Positions 46,581 to 55,300 of a DNA stretch of 64,000 nucleotides are shown piece by piece (the stretch's first letter is position 1; each line of letters begins with the position of its first letter). The stretch lies in the sequence record LR745208.1; one strand, written 5' to 3'. A program made the translations under genes and the position numbers. The notes beneath the pieces were generated by a model. The model was not told the DNA's origin, did not search any database, and saw only the letters and a list, made by a program, of their open reading frames with translations.

Positions 46581-47078
46581 TTACCCGGGATTGACTTCGA
46601 GGGTTTCCCAAAGGTCATCCAATCTGACTATCATCCGTTCCCCCTCTACATCCAGCTCAACCGTTTCTTCCCCCCCAAGGCACTGGTCCCTGAGGAGCAT
46701 CCTCAACTTGTCGATCATGCCTTGGACGTTGGTCGAGTAGGCACCTGGAACGATGATGGTACTGTCGACGACAACGGCCCATTCCTGGACTACCTGTTGG
46801 GCAGGGGAGCTTGAGAACTGTTGGAAGGTCCAACGGATCCTGTAGTCGCCCGGGGTGGCAGAGCCGGGCACCTGGAGGGAAGCGAAATATTCCCCAACGT
46901 TGGGATGAGCAGGAATCCTAGTTGGGGACCCAATCAGAACCTCTGTGGGTCCTGGAGCCACGAAAAAAATGGCATAGGTGATGGAAAAAGCATCGGAAGG
47001 ATTGCCCGATGCGTTTGTCAAAAATATGTCCAGACCCCCTTGGGTTAGAAGATCATTGGGATGCCAGACTACAGCCAT
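46581..47078 (-). CDS. N-terminal half of fractured gene: N-extein (132 aa) + short N-intein (33 aa)
   Basis: ...KLRMLLRDQ|CLGGEETVELDVEGERMIVRLDDLWETLEVNPG-stop; block A begins with Cys1. Confidence 0.85.
   Translation of the reverse strand: MAVVWHPNDLLTQGGLDIFLTNASGNPSDAFSITYAIFFVAPGPTEVLIGSPTRIPAHPNVGEYFASLQVPGSATPGDYRIRWTFQQFSSSPAQQVVQEWAVVVDSTIIVPGAYSTNVQGMIDKLRMLLRDQCLGGEETVELDVEGERMIVRLDDLWETLEVNPG
46584..46682 (-). other. N-intein (33 aa) of an atypically split intein
   Basis: C1-L-G-G-E-E-T-V block A, then the RLDDLW helix, then TAA at 46581-46583. Confidence 0.8.
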
Positions 47079-48193
47079 TGTCGGTTCCTCCGTGAAATGA
47101 GAAGCACTTGAAAAGGAAGGTCAGGAAAATCAATTCGGAATTGCTTGATCTTGTCATAGGAAGGGTGATGGGGGGCAAACCATCCTTTTGTATCCTCAAT
47201 TCTCACCAGATGCCGAGAAATAAAAGTTCGGATATCTTTCAAGGTTGGCCACTCCCCCAGCTGTTGTTGTGCCTCGCTTAGGGAGACATCTGTCACCCAG
47301 AAGTCTGGCAGGTAAGATCTCCCGTCTGACAGTGGGTAGACCATAGCCTCATAAAACCATGCTTTTCCTTCCCGGCTCAACTCTCCTGCCCTCATTGCCT
47401 CGGTGGCACTCCTCATTGTCAGCATGCCTTGAAATGGTGTGCCCGCACGAGTCTTAGCCCCATACCCAATACCCTTAGGCACCACCCTCTTTTCCGTACT
47501 ATAGTCAGAGAGGGCAGTTCTGGACCGCTTGATCCCTGCCCATAGGGCTTGATCTACCCCGAACAACTGACAGAGGAGGGCGAGCTTAACTTCTGTGATA
47601 CTGAACAGCCGGATAATCTCATCTGTGGCTTTGAGGCCGATAGTGTGGGCTGTCAAAGCCCCAATAATCTCCTCCCTAGAGAACCTCCGTTGTGCAAGCT
47701 GTGAGAACTCTCTAGGATCCCCCAGAACCCCATTCAAAATGGCCCCCCAGCGTTGTGGGTCAACACTTCCCCATCGCTCTAACGGGGTGGTGCCTGCACG
47801 AATCAGGTCCTGTTCTTCCTCCACAGCAATCCTAACCAGATGAGAAGCCCCCCTGATATCTCCAATCTCCTTGCTCAACGCCCCCCTAGACATGTCAATA
47901 TGCTGTCGCACCTGTAGTCTGGTCAGACCAGATGCCCCCATTATTTCCCCAAGGCCCATACCGGCCACCACAAAACCACGAACAACCTTCGATATGTTGG
48001 GGTCCAAAGGCTCCTTTCTGGCCGTTCTAGTCCTGCCCATTCTTGAGGCAGTGGTCAGAATGGTACCCTTAGATTTACCCGTTAAAGCCATAATTTCCGC
48101 TACACTACAGGTACCCTCAGCATAACTATCAAGAAGTTGTAGCCCCTCTTGTGTCCAAGGTGAATGAGTCCCAGTGGTTAGGCTAACAGGCAT
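47069..48193 (-). CDS. Free-standing PD-(D/E)xK endonuclease-like protein with N-terminal HTH-like repeats (374 aa)
   Basis: WFYEA..Y.LSDGRSYLPDFWV...IEDTKGW C-terminal nuclease pattern; overlaps the start of the N-extein gene. Confidence 0.7.
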   Translation of the reverse strand: MPVSLTTGTHSPWTQEGLQLLDSYAEGTCSVAEIMALTGKSKGTILTTASRMGRTRTARKEPLDPNISKVVRGFVVAGMGLGEIMGASGLTRLQVRQHIDMSRGALSKEIGDIRGASHLVRIAVEEEQDLIRAGTTPLERWGSVDPQRWGAILNGVLGDPREFSQLAQRRFSREEIIGALTAHTIGLKATDEIIRLFSITEVKLALLCQLFGVDQALWAGIKRSRTALSDYSTEKRVVPKGIGYGAKTRAGTPFQGMLTMRSATEAMRAGELSREGKAWFYEAMVYPLSDGRSYLPDFWVTDVSLSEAQQQLGEWPTLKDIRTFISRHLVRIEDTKGWFAPHHPSYDKIKQFRIDFPDLPFQVLLISRRNRQWL

Positions 48194-48239
48194 CGTATCC
48201 TGGTAGGGCTATAACCCAAGTAGAGGCGAGTGGCGTGGG

Positions 48240-48467
48240 TCACCGTACTAGGAGCAGTTCCAATGCCTGTTCACGGAACAGTTGCTCGGTCTGCACGTAC
48301 GTCTCCGTCCAGGGCCACCGTGGCAGGTCAACGACCGTTTCTAGGGGCACGTCGAACCTCACTGCAACTCCATGCTCAGTGTGCCGGTCCACGACGCCTG
48401 TGGCGCCGAGGAACTTGCCATGTTCGACCACTTTCACGGGGTCTCCGCCGAAGAACTTGGGCTCCAT
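48240..48467 (-). CDS. Small KOW/SH3-like protein (75 aa)
   Basis: FFGGDPVKVVEHGKFLGATGVV; TGATG overlap with the upstream gene. Confidence 0.5.
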   Translation of the reverse strand: MEPKFFGGDPVKVVEHGKFLGATGVVDRHTEHGVAVRFDVPLETVVDLPRWPWTETYVQTEQLFREQALELLLVR

Positions 48468-49936
48468 CAGAACAACTCCTCCCATTCGGACCCGACTACC
48501 ATGTCAACATTTGCGGCACTCTGTATGGTGACCGTGATTTGCTCTCCCGGGTTCAGCACATGTGAGCCATGTTTTTCATGTCGGATCTCAATGTTGTCTA
48601 CTTTTGCCATACCACGTCCATGAAGCAAAGTACCCCCTGAAAAGGACGTGGCCGCCGTGTCATATGAAGCTGGAGATGTTGATGCGGACACATCCGTGAA
48701 AGACGCTGCAACCAGCGTAGCATTCAGGTAGACTCGCACCACTACATTCTTGGTGCCATCAGATGATGCTGCAATCCCGTGGATGTCCAAAACGATGCGG
48801 TTGAGCTTTGATGCATAGGTCGACTTATTCCGAATGGTCAGGACTGGGGTCTCAGTTGTGATGCCCGTTTTGATTGCCACAATCCCACGTGCAATACCGA
48901 AGAGGTTATTTTCACCCTCATGGAAGATCCCAAAAGAACTGACGAGGGGTCCTACAACCGTTGCATTAGTTGTATTGGCCGCCTCCATCATGAAGGGCAG
49001 GGAAGGGTTAGTGATCGAGGGTGTGGTGGCCGTCCCGGCGTATTGAATCCGGTGCACGAGCACAAACTTGCCTGTGGCAGGGTTCTCCACATAGAATGTG
49101 ATCATCCCGTAACCCAGCCATTGGAACCGGATCTGAAACACTTGCCCTTTCGTCCAGTCCAATATGGGTAGCTCCACTTTGGCATCCGCCCGGTCATCAC
49201 TCCAGGCAGATTGGGCCACGAAGTTGGTGTCATTCGCAGCAACCCCAACTACAGATGAGGCGAAGGCCCCGACAATTGTGGAACCAGCAACGGAATAGGC
49301 TCCAGGAAGAGACCCTGACCGATACGACCTGAAGATCACGGTATTGCCGACTGCTTCGGTTTGCCAGCCTCCATTGGTCCCCACCTCAGAGAAGTCGACG
49401 GCTGCGATCTCATTGGCGGTCACAGTAGAATCGGCCCCATTGGTCACGGGGCACAACTTGGCGACCCCATTCAAAGTAACCGTAACGGACTCTAGTGTAC
49501 TGGATTTGGTCGTGATTGTGAGTGTGCGTACCTCGCTCGATCCACCATAACGTCGCAGCACCCCGAAGGTAGTTCCCTGGTACCCAAATGCAAAGGCGTC
49601 ATTGACCGACCCATAGCCAACGTACTGTGTTGAGTTGGTGGCCCCTGTAACGAAGAACCCAGCGAACCTAGCCACAATCCCCTGACCGGGAACGTATTTG
49701 ACTGACTTGCGCGAGAGCAATTGAGAAAAACTGTTGTTTGCGGCTGCCGTAGAGATCACAGCCATGCTGTTGGTCTGGGCCGATGTGCCACTACCATTTT
49801 TGCGCAAAATCAAAGCATCGTTGGAGAGGTTGTACGTGAATCCCTGAGCCACGACAGGAAAGGGTTCCGTAACCAGCAACTCATTGAAGGCTGACTTCTG
49901 GTTACCCGAATCGGTCTGGGAGAAAACGGTACTCAT
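48467..49936 (-). CDS. Putative virion collar/fibre-associated beta-rich protein (489 aa)
   Basis: SRKSVKYVPGQG, FAFGYQGTTFGV and FQIRFQWLGYG..FYV segments typical of large-phage structural proteins; GGAGG SD. Confidence 0.55.
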   Translation of the reverse strand: MSTVFSQTDSGNQKSAFNELLVTEPFPVVAQGFTYNLSNDALILRKNGSGTSAQTNSMAVISTAAANNSFSQLLSRKSVKYVPGQGIVARFAGFFVTGATNSTQYVGYGSVNDAFAFGYQGTTFGVLRRYGGSSEVRTLTITTKSSTLESVTVTLNGVAKLCPVTNGADSTVTANEIAAVDFSEVGTNGGWQTEAVGNTVIFRSYRSGSLPGAYSVAGSTIVGAFASSVVGVAANDTNFVAQSAWSDDRADAKVELPILDWTKGQVFQIRFQWLGYGMITFYVENPATGKFVLVHRIQYAGTATTPSITNPSLPFMMEAANTTNATVVGPLVSSFGIFHEGENNLFGIARGIVAIKTGITTETPVLTIRNKSTYASKLNRIVLDIHGIAASSDGTKNVVVRVYLNATLVAASFTDVSASTSPASYDTAATSFSGGTLLHGRGMAKVDNIEIRHEKHGSHVLNPGEQITVTIQSAANVDMVVGSEWEELF

Positions 49937-50071
49937 ATCAGGTAGACCCTCCTGATAGTGGCAAAGCTAATAGGTCGAATATGGAACCTCAGGAACCTGG
50001 ATGGGTCTCCTGGTTTTTGAGGATAAGGGTCTACTGACTTTCAGGGAATAGCCTGAAGCCTTGAGCCCGGT

Positions 50072-52324
50072 TTAGCCCTCTGCTGTTACAGAAAGCAGCC
50101 AACAAGCGAGCTGATTCGTTGCGCCGTTGCAACCAATGTCTAAGGTTGTACCTGCTGGTACCACGGGCTGTGCTGCTCCTGCCACTGCGGGAGTGACAGT
50201 GGCCCCACCGTTTACGCTATATGTGACTACAGCTACCTTGTTGCCTGTGTCCACCATAAGGTCCACCGTATCATATTGAGCCCACACGATAGCTGCCGTG
50301 GTGTTGCTGGTTCCACCAACCACAACGGTCATCACACCTGTGGTGGCAATCTCACAGTAGTTGGTACCGTTTATGTACCAGATCGTTTGAGCTGAGTCAG
50401 CATTGGCAAGAGTAGACTTGGGCCGGAATACAATACGTACCTTGAGCTTACCCGTGATGCTGGCAGCGGCATTGGGGTGGTACAGACGCTCCGGCTGGCG
50501 AGTAGCTGAGGCTCCTGCTGTTATGACGTGCTCGCTTCTGTACGCCCCAACTTCGTATTGAGCGCCCCACGCCCCTACGTTACTAATAGACTCTAGGGTG
50601 CCTTCTGTAGGGCTTATGACGTAGTAGGTTGCAGCAGTATGGGTGGCAGTCTGCTCGACTACCTTCCACAATGTGGATGTCGTGAAATTTGTGGTTGTGG
50701 GCGGATTCACGGTCTGGATGAATCCTACACCACTGTAGGCCCACTTGTACCACACGGATTGAGTGTATATTCCGGCCGCCCCCAGAGGATTCTGAGACAG
50801 GTACTGCCAAACAGTAGGACTCAGTGCGATCATCTCCTTAGCTGTCCCGCCATCTGGTGCCTGAGTGTTCCTGAATGTGAGACCGAACGAATTTAGCCAG
50901 GAAGCATTAGAAATATCTGTGCTACGTAGAACGACGTTGATTCTGGTAGGTTCCAGGACCAGACCTATTACATCGGCATCCAACCGCTTACCGAATCGCG
51001 GTATATTAGTGGTGATACCTGTGGTGACCACGGTGCTGGTGCCAGTCTGCACAGTCTCACTGGCAGCCGTACCAGCAGCCCGTAGGAACACCGCATCGTT
51101 GGGTAGCACCCCACCCCTGAAGTCCCAGTTGATGAGCGAACCAGTTTGTGTAGACGGGGTTAGGTCCCGTGGCCTACCAGTGTTGAGAACTGTTGCCAGT
51201 GTTGGTGCAGTGTGAACGACATTGGACTGGCTTATCTGGACCCTAGCGAATGTCATGGTCCCTGTACCGTCACCCTGATATGTGTAGGTCCCAGTTCCTG
51301 CCCCATAGATTTGGAGAATCCACGAGGTTCCTGAAGCAACATTTGAGGGCCATGTTGCTTCACAACGATAGAACCCATTCGGAGCTGGTATAATGCGCCC
51401 AGTACGGCCGCTCACTGCCGGAGTATGCGTCACTACTAGGGTTTGCAGGTTAAACTCAGTCGCCGTACCCGTGGAGGCGTCCCAGAGCGAAAACATGTAC
51501 TTAGTTCCGGGTTTGGCATAAATGAGGATAGAAAATGGCTTAGCAACGAGTAGACCCGCAGAAGTCTGTCTGTAGTAATGTGACGTAGGAGCCCCATCCA
51601 CAGTATCAGTGAACAAGCAGGCTGTAGTTCCACCAAATGGGTCTATTTGTCCACCAGTTGTGGAGCCCACATTGGTCTTCACCCAGTTTGCATTTGTCTG
51701 GTCATCACTGTAAGTGAAAAAGTTCTGTGCCTCAGCGTCAATATTTCTGATGTTCCCATCATCCACCGGTTGGACGGTAGTGGGGCAGTAGGGACCTTCC
51801 CAGTTAGCTTGCACAAGCTGGAAACCAAACAAGTACAAGCCCTTCGTTGCGTCACCGACGTGGATTGCACCACCATTCCCAGAAGCTGTGAATATCTCAG
51901 AGTAGAAGGCGGTAGAATATGGTGTTGTCCGTGTAATTGAACAGCGATACCACCCAGGATACCCAACAACCGGAGTGATTTTCGGTGTTTGGGAGGCGTG
52001 AGTGGTACCAACAACACCGTTGGCCAAATCGAAGTAACTAAGGTCCTCAGTTCCTACGACATTGATAGCTAATGCCAACCACGTCCACTCACCAGCCTTG
52101 GCATAGACAGACAAAGTGTATTGTCCAGGTGGCAGTGTAAGTGGTGCACCAGGGTAGCAACCATGGTAGTTGTTTGCGACACCTGTGTCCGCGAGACGAT
52201 CAGCGGTCAGTGCACTGTCGATGGGATTTGTGACAGCATTAGCAGAAATGGCGCTCAGGAATTTCGTATATAATGCGTTGTCGAACTCCTCAGAGTACTT
52301 GAGTTTGTTCTGCTTAGTAGCCAT
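50072..52324 (-). CDS. Head/tail fibre-like protein (750 aa): two spike-fibre-type domains + module A + module C
   Basis: N.L.YSEEFDNA and NFFTYSDDQTNANW...DPFGGTTA spike-fibre-type repeats; RAAGTAASETVQTG and ERLYHP modules shared with the neighbours. Confidence 0.7.
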   Translation of the reverse strand: MATKQNKLKYSEEFDNALYTKFLSAISANAVTNPIDSALTADRLADTGVANNYHGCYPGAPLTLPPGQYTLSVYAKAGEWTWLALAINVVGTEDLSYFDLANGVVGTTHASQTPKITPVVGYPGWYRCSITRTTPYSTAFYSEIFTASGNGGAIHVGDATKGLYLFGFQLVQANWEGPYCPTTVQPVDDGNIRNIDAEAQNFFTYSDDQTNANWVKTNVGSTTGGQIDPFGGTTACLFTDTVDGAPTSHYYRQTSAGLLVAKPFSILIYAKPGTKYMFSLWDASTGTATEFNLQTLVVTHTPAVSGRTGRIIPAPNGFYRCEATWPSNVASGTSWILQIYGAGTGTYTYQGDGTGTMTFARVQISQSNVVHTAPTLATVLNTGRPRDLTPSTQTGSLINWDFRGGVLPNDAVFLRAAGTAASETVQTGTSTVVTTGITTNIPRFGKRLDADVIGLVLEPTRINVVLRSTDISNASWLNSFGLTFRNTQAPDGGTAKEMIALSPTVWQYLSQNPLGAAGIYTQSVWYKWAYSGVGFIQTVNPPTTTNFTTSTLWKVVEQTATHTAATYYVISPTEGTLESISNVGAWGAQYEVGAYRSEHVITAGASATRQPERLYHPNAAASITGKLKVRIVFRPKSTLANADSAQTIWYINGTNYCEIATTGVMTVVVGGTSNTTAAIVWAQYDTVDLMVDTGNKVAVVTYSVNGGATVTPAVAGAAQPVVPAGTTLDIGCNGATNQLACWLLSVTAEG

Positions 52325-52357
52325 GACCTAGACCATACCCTTCAAGGTTGTTTATGC

Positions 52358-55300
52358 TCATACCCATGATGGTCGGGCTCCGTTGGTCCACTTCCACACT
52401 GACACGTTAGTAACCCAAGCTGAGAACTGGCTGGCGGTACCATTACAGAGGACATCCAAGGTACTGGCTACCGAGATGTTCCCGAGGGTAGCCCCGGCTA
52501 CAGCTGGACTGGTCTTGGCCCCACCATTGACCCTGTAGGCGACTGTGGTGGCAACGTTGCCACCCGTGGCGATATACAGGTCCAAACTATCATACTGGGC
52601 CCACACGATCGCGGCCGTAGTATTGGTTACGCCACCTACACTAATAGTCATGACTCCGTTACTAGCGATCTCACAGTAGTCTGAACCTGAGGTCCAGACC
52701 CGTGAAGTAGCCGTGAAGTTAGCGGCTGTAGACTTGGGGCGTAGGGATATGCTGATGGCCAGCCTACCGTTGGTAATCAGGTTTGCGGCTACCGGGTAGT
52801 ACAGACGCTCCGGGGAACGAGTTGCTGTGGCAGAGGCGGCCGTGATGATAGCTTCTGAGGGCCATTTTCCGAGTTCCACCTGTGGCATGTCTATGTACAT
52901 GCTTCGATTAGCTGCCGAGAGTCCTGGAGTGGCAGCTCTTCCATCGTTTGGTACATACTGCACGTTAGCCGTACCGGTAGCAGCCAGAGGTGAGAAGGCG
53001 TAGCGCAACCAATTAGCCGTGGCAGTACCTGTAATGAAATTGGTTAATGGGGATTGTGTCCATGAACCGTAAGTGTCGTTTGCCCCTACGCTGACAGCCT
53101 TCGTCCACTGGGATACTGTGTAAGTCAGACCACTCGTTACGGAAGCTGCTCCTGAGTTGTATGACCCGTACTGGGCACTGGTACACACTATAGACACCGC
53201 AGCCGTGGACCCATCGGGTGCAGCTTGTCCTACGGTAGTAGTACCCGTACCCGCTGTCCAACCAAGTGTAGTTCCCGAAGGTATAGAATGTGACGCCGGT
53301 ACACTATTCGTTCTCGTTTCCTCAAGCACCAGACCCACAGGGAAGATGCTTGGGGTATCGGTATTGGTCCAAACTGGCGAGTTGGTCAGGACGATGTTCT
53401 TGGCTCCTGTCCCGTTGTCTATTATGGTTGTTTGCCCGGTGATGTTGGTCCAGTTGTAGTTGGCAAGTAATGTCCCACCTGAAGGGTAGACACCAGTCTG
53501 GTACTCAGCCAGGGCTTCAGCGGCAGTGTAAGCCTTACCGGTTGTGATACGATCTAGGACAAGACTACCAGAAAACCGATTGGTGCCACCAACTCGGAGA
53601 CCCACAACGAGAGAATTAGTGTCGATTCCTGCCAAGCATTGTTGGTCACTTGGTCGAGAAGCTGTGTTGGCAATACCATCTAGGTATATGAGAGCTTGTG
53701 CACTCCCTAAGGTCTCATCAATTACCAACGTGAACCTATACCACCTATTCGTAGCTAATGCACCTGTGTTGACAGTTGAGGTTCTGGCGTTCGTCTGGTC
53801 GTGTACCCTCATCTGGAGAGTACCACTCCCGTTGTTTAGTAAGAAAAAGGCGTTGGCCACACCAGAGTCAGATGACGTTTCTAGAATGATCTCCCCACCC
53901 ACGTTATTGGGATTTTTGACCCAACCACAGAGCGTGGTCTGAGTAGCAGCCGCAAACGGGACCGCGGTAGCAGTACCATACTTGACAGTTCCATCAAACT
54001 GTAATGCTTGTGGGTAGTTCCTAGCCGTATAGGGGCTCAGGTGGCGTCCAGCACGGGCGACGTTGGCCGTGATGCCGGTGGTGACTACCGTAGACAAACC
54101 AGTCTGGACTGTCTCACTAGCAGCCGTTCCAGCCGTACGGGTCAACACAAACCCACTTGGCAGGGTAGCAACCGCACCCGGTGTCAGAGCTGTGAAGTCT
54201 GCATTGAGGATGGTAGGTTCTGTGATCGCCCACGTCGGTACCTGCCCGCTCTTCCATGCGGTGATGTTGGTGATCCAAGCACTGAACTGGCTGGCAGTTC
54301 CATTGCAAAGTAGGTCCAAGGTGCTTGCAGTGGAGACATTGCCCAATGGCAGCCCTGTCACGGTCACATAGGTTGGGATACCACCGTTGACTCGGTAGGT
54401 GACCTGCGTGACCGAACCACCACCAGTGGCCACATAGATGTCCAGGGTGTCATAGGCTGCCCAGGTGATAGCCGACGTGACGTTAGTGACCCCACCAACG
54501 CTAATGGTCATGACCCCGGTTGAAGCGATTTCACAATAATCGCTACCAGAGGTCCACACTCTACTGGTTGCTGTGAAGTTCGCTGGGGTACACTTTGGCC
54601 TCAGGCTGACCGACAACGACAACCTGCCCGCCTGGACCAGTGAGGAGGCAGTAGGATGGTAGAGACGCTCCCCATTACGAGTCGCCGAGGCTCCTGCAGA
54701 AACTATGGCTTCAGACGACCACCTACCACTCTCCCAGTGGATTAGGTCAACCACAACATCTCTGGCTCCAGCCGCTACCCCATTTAAGGCCCTACCATCA
54801 CAGGGCTGTGCATACTGTGATGTGGCTGAAGTTGTAATGATTCTGGTATAGCTTGTAGCAGCAATACCACCAACGGCTGAGCCATCAGCAGCACTTGCCT
54901 GCTGCTGAGCCATTCCATAAGCTCCAGTGCCAGGACCCTTAATAACCCATTGGGACATGACATGCGTGGTAGAGGCGGTGTTCCAATTTTTACCCCAACC
55001 TCCACTTGGCACTACCATCTCAATACCCAACACACCTCCATCGGGTTGTGCATTATTAGTTGTGGGGTAACTATCCCCTGACCCAGCGGCCAAACCTACA
55101 GCATTAGGGGCACGTGCGTAAGGGAACCAGTTGACCCGGCTCTCCTCCAGAACTAGACCCAATGTGTCTGTGGTCAAGCGTCTGCCGACTCTGGCTACGT
55201 TGGCGATCAAGCCTGTGGTGACGACCGTGCTAGTACCTGTTTGTACCGTTTCAGATGCCGCGGTACCGAGAGCACGAGCAAATGCCAGCCCTCCAGGTAG

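Noticed and set aside
45507-46583. Single contiguous intein with an internal endonuclease broken by sequencing error
   Set aside because: It would require removing two in-frame stops (TAA 46581-46583 and a TAG in the next 30 nt) plus a frameshift, and the C-intein has its own SD and ATG.
45598-46583. Group I intron containing the endonuclease
   Set aside because: Only ~30 nt of non-coding sequence is available and I could not identify a P7 or other core element. Not formally excluded without cmscan or RT-PCR.
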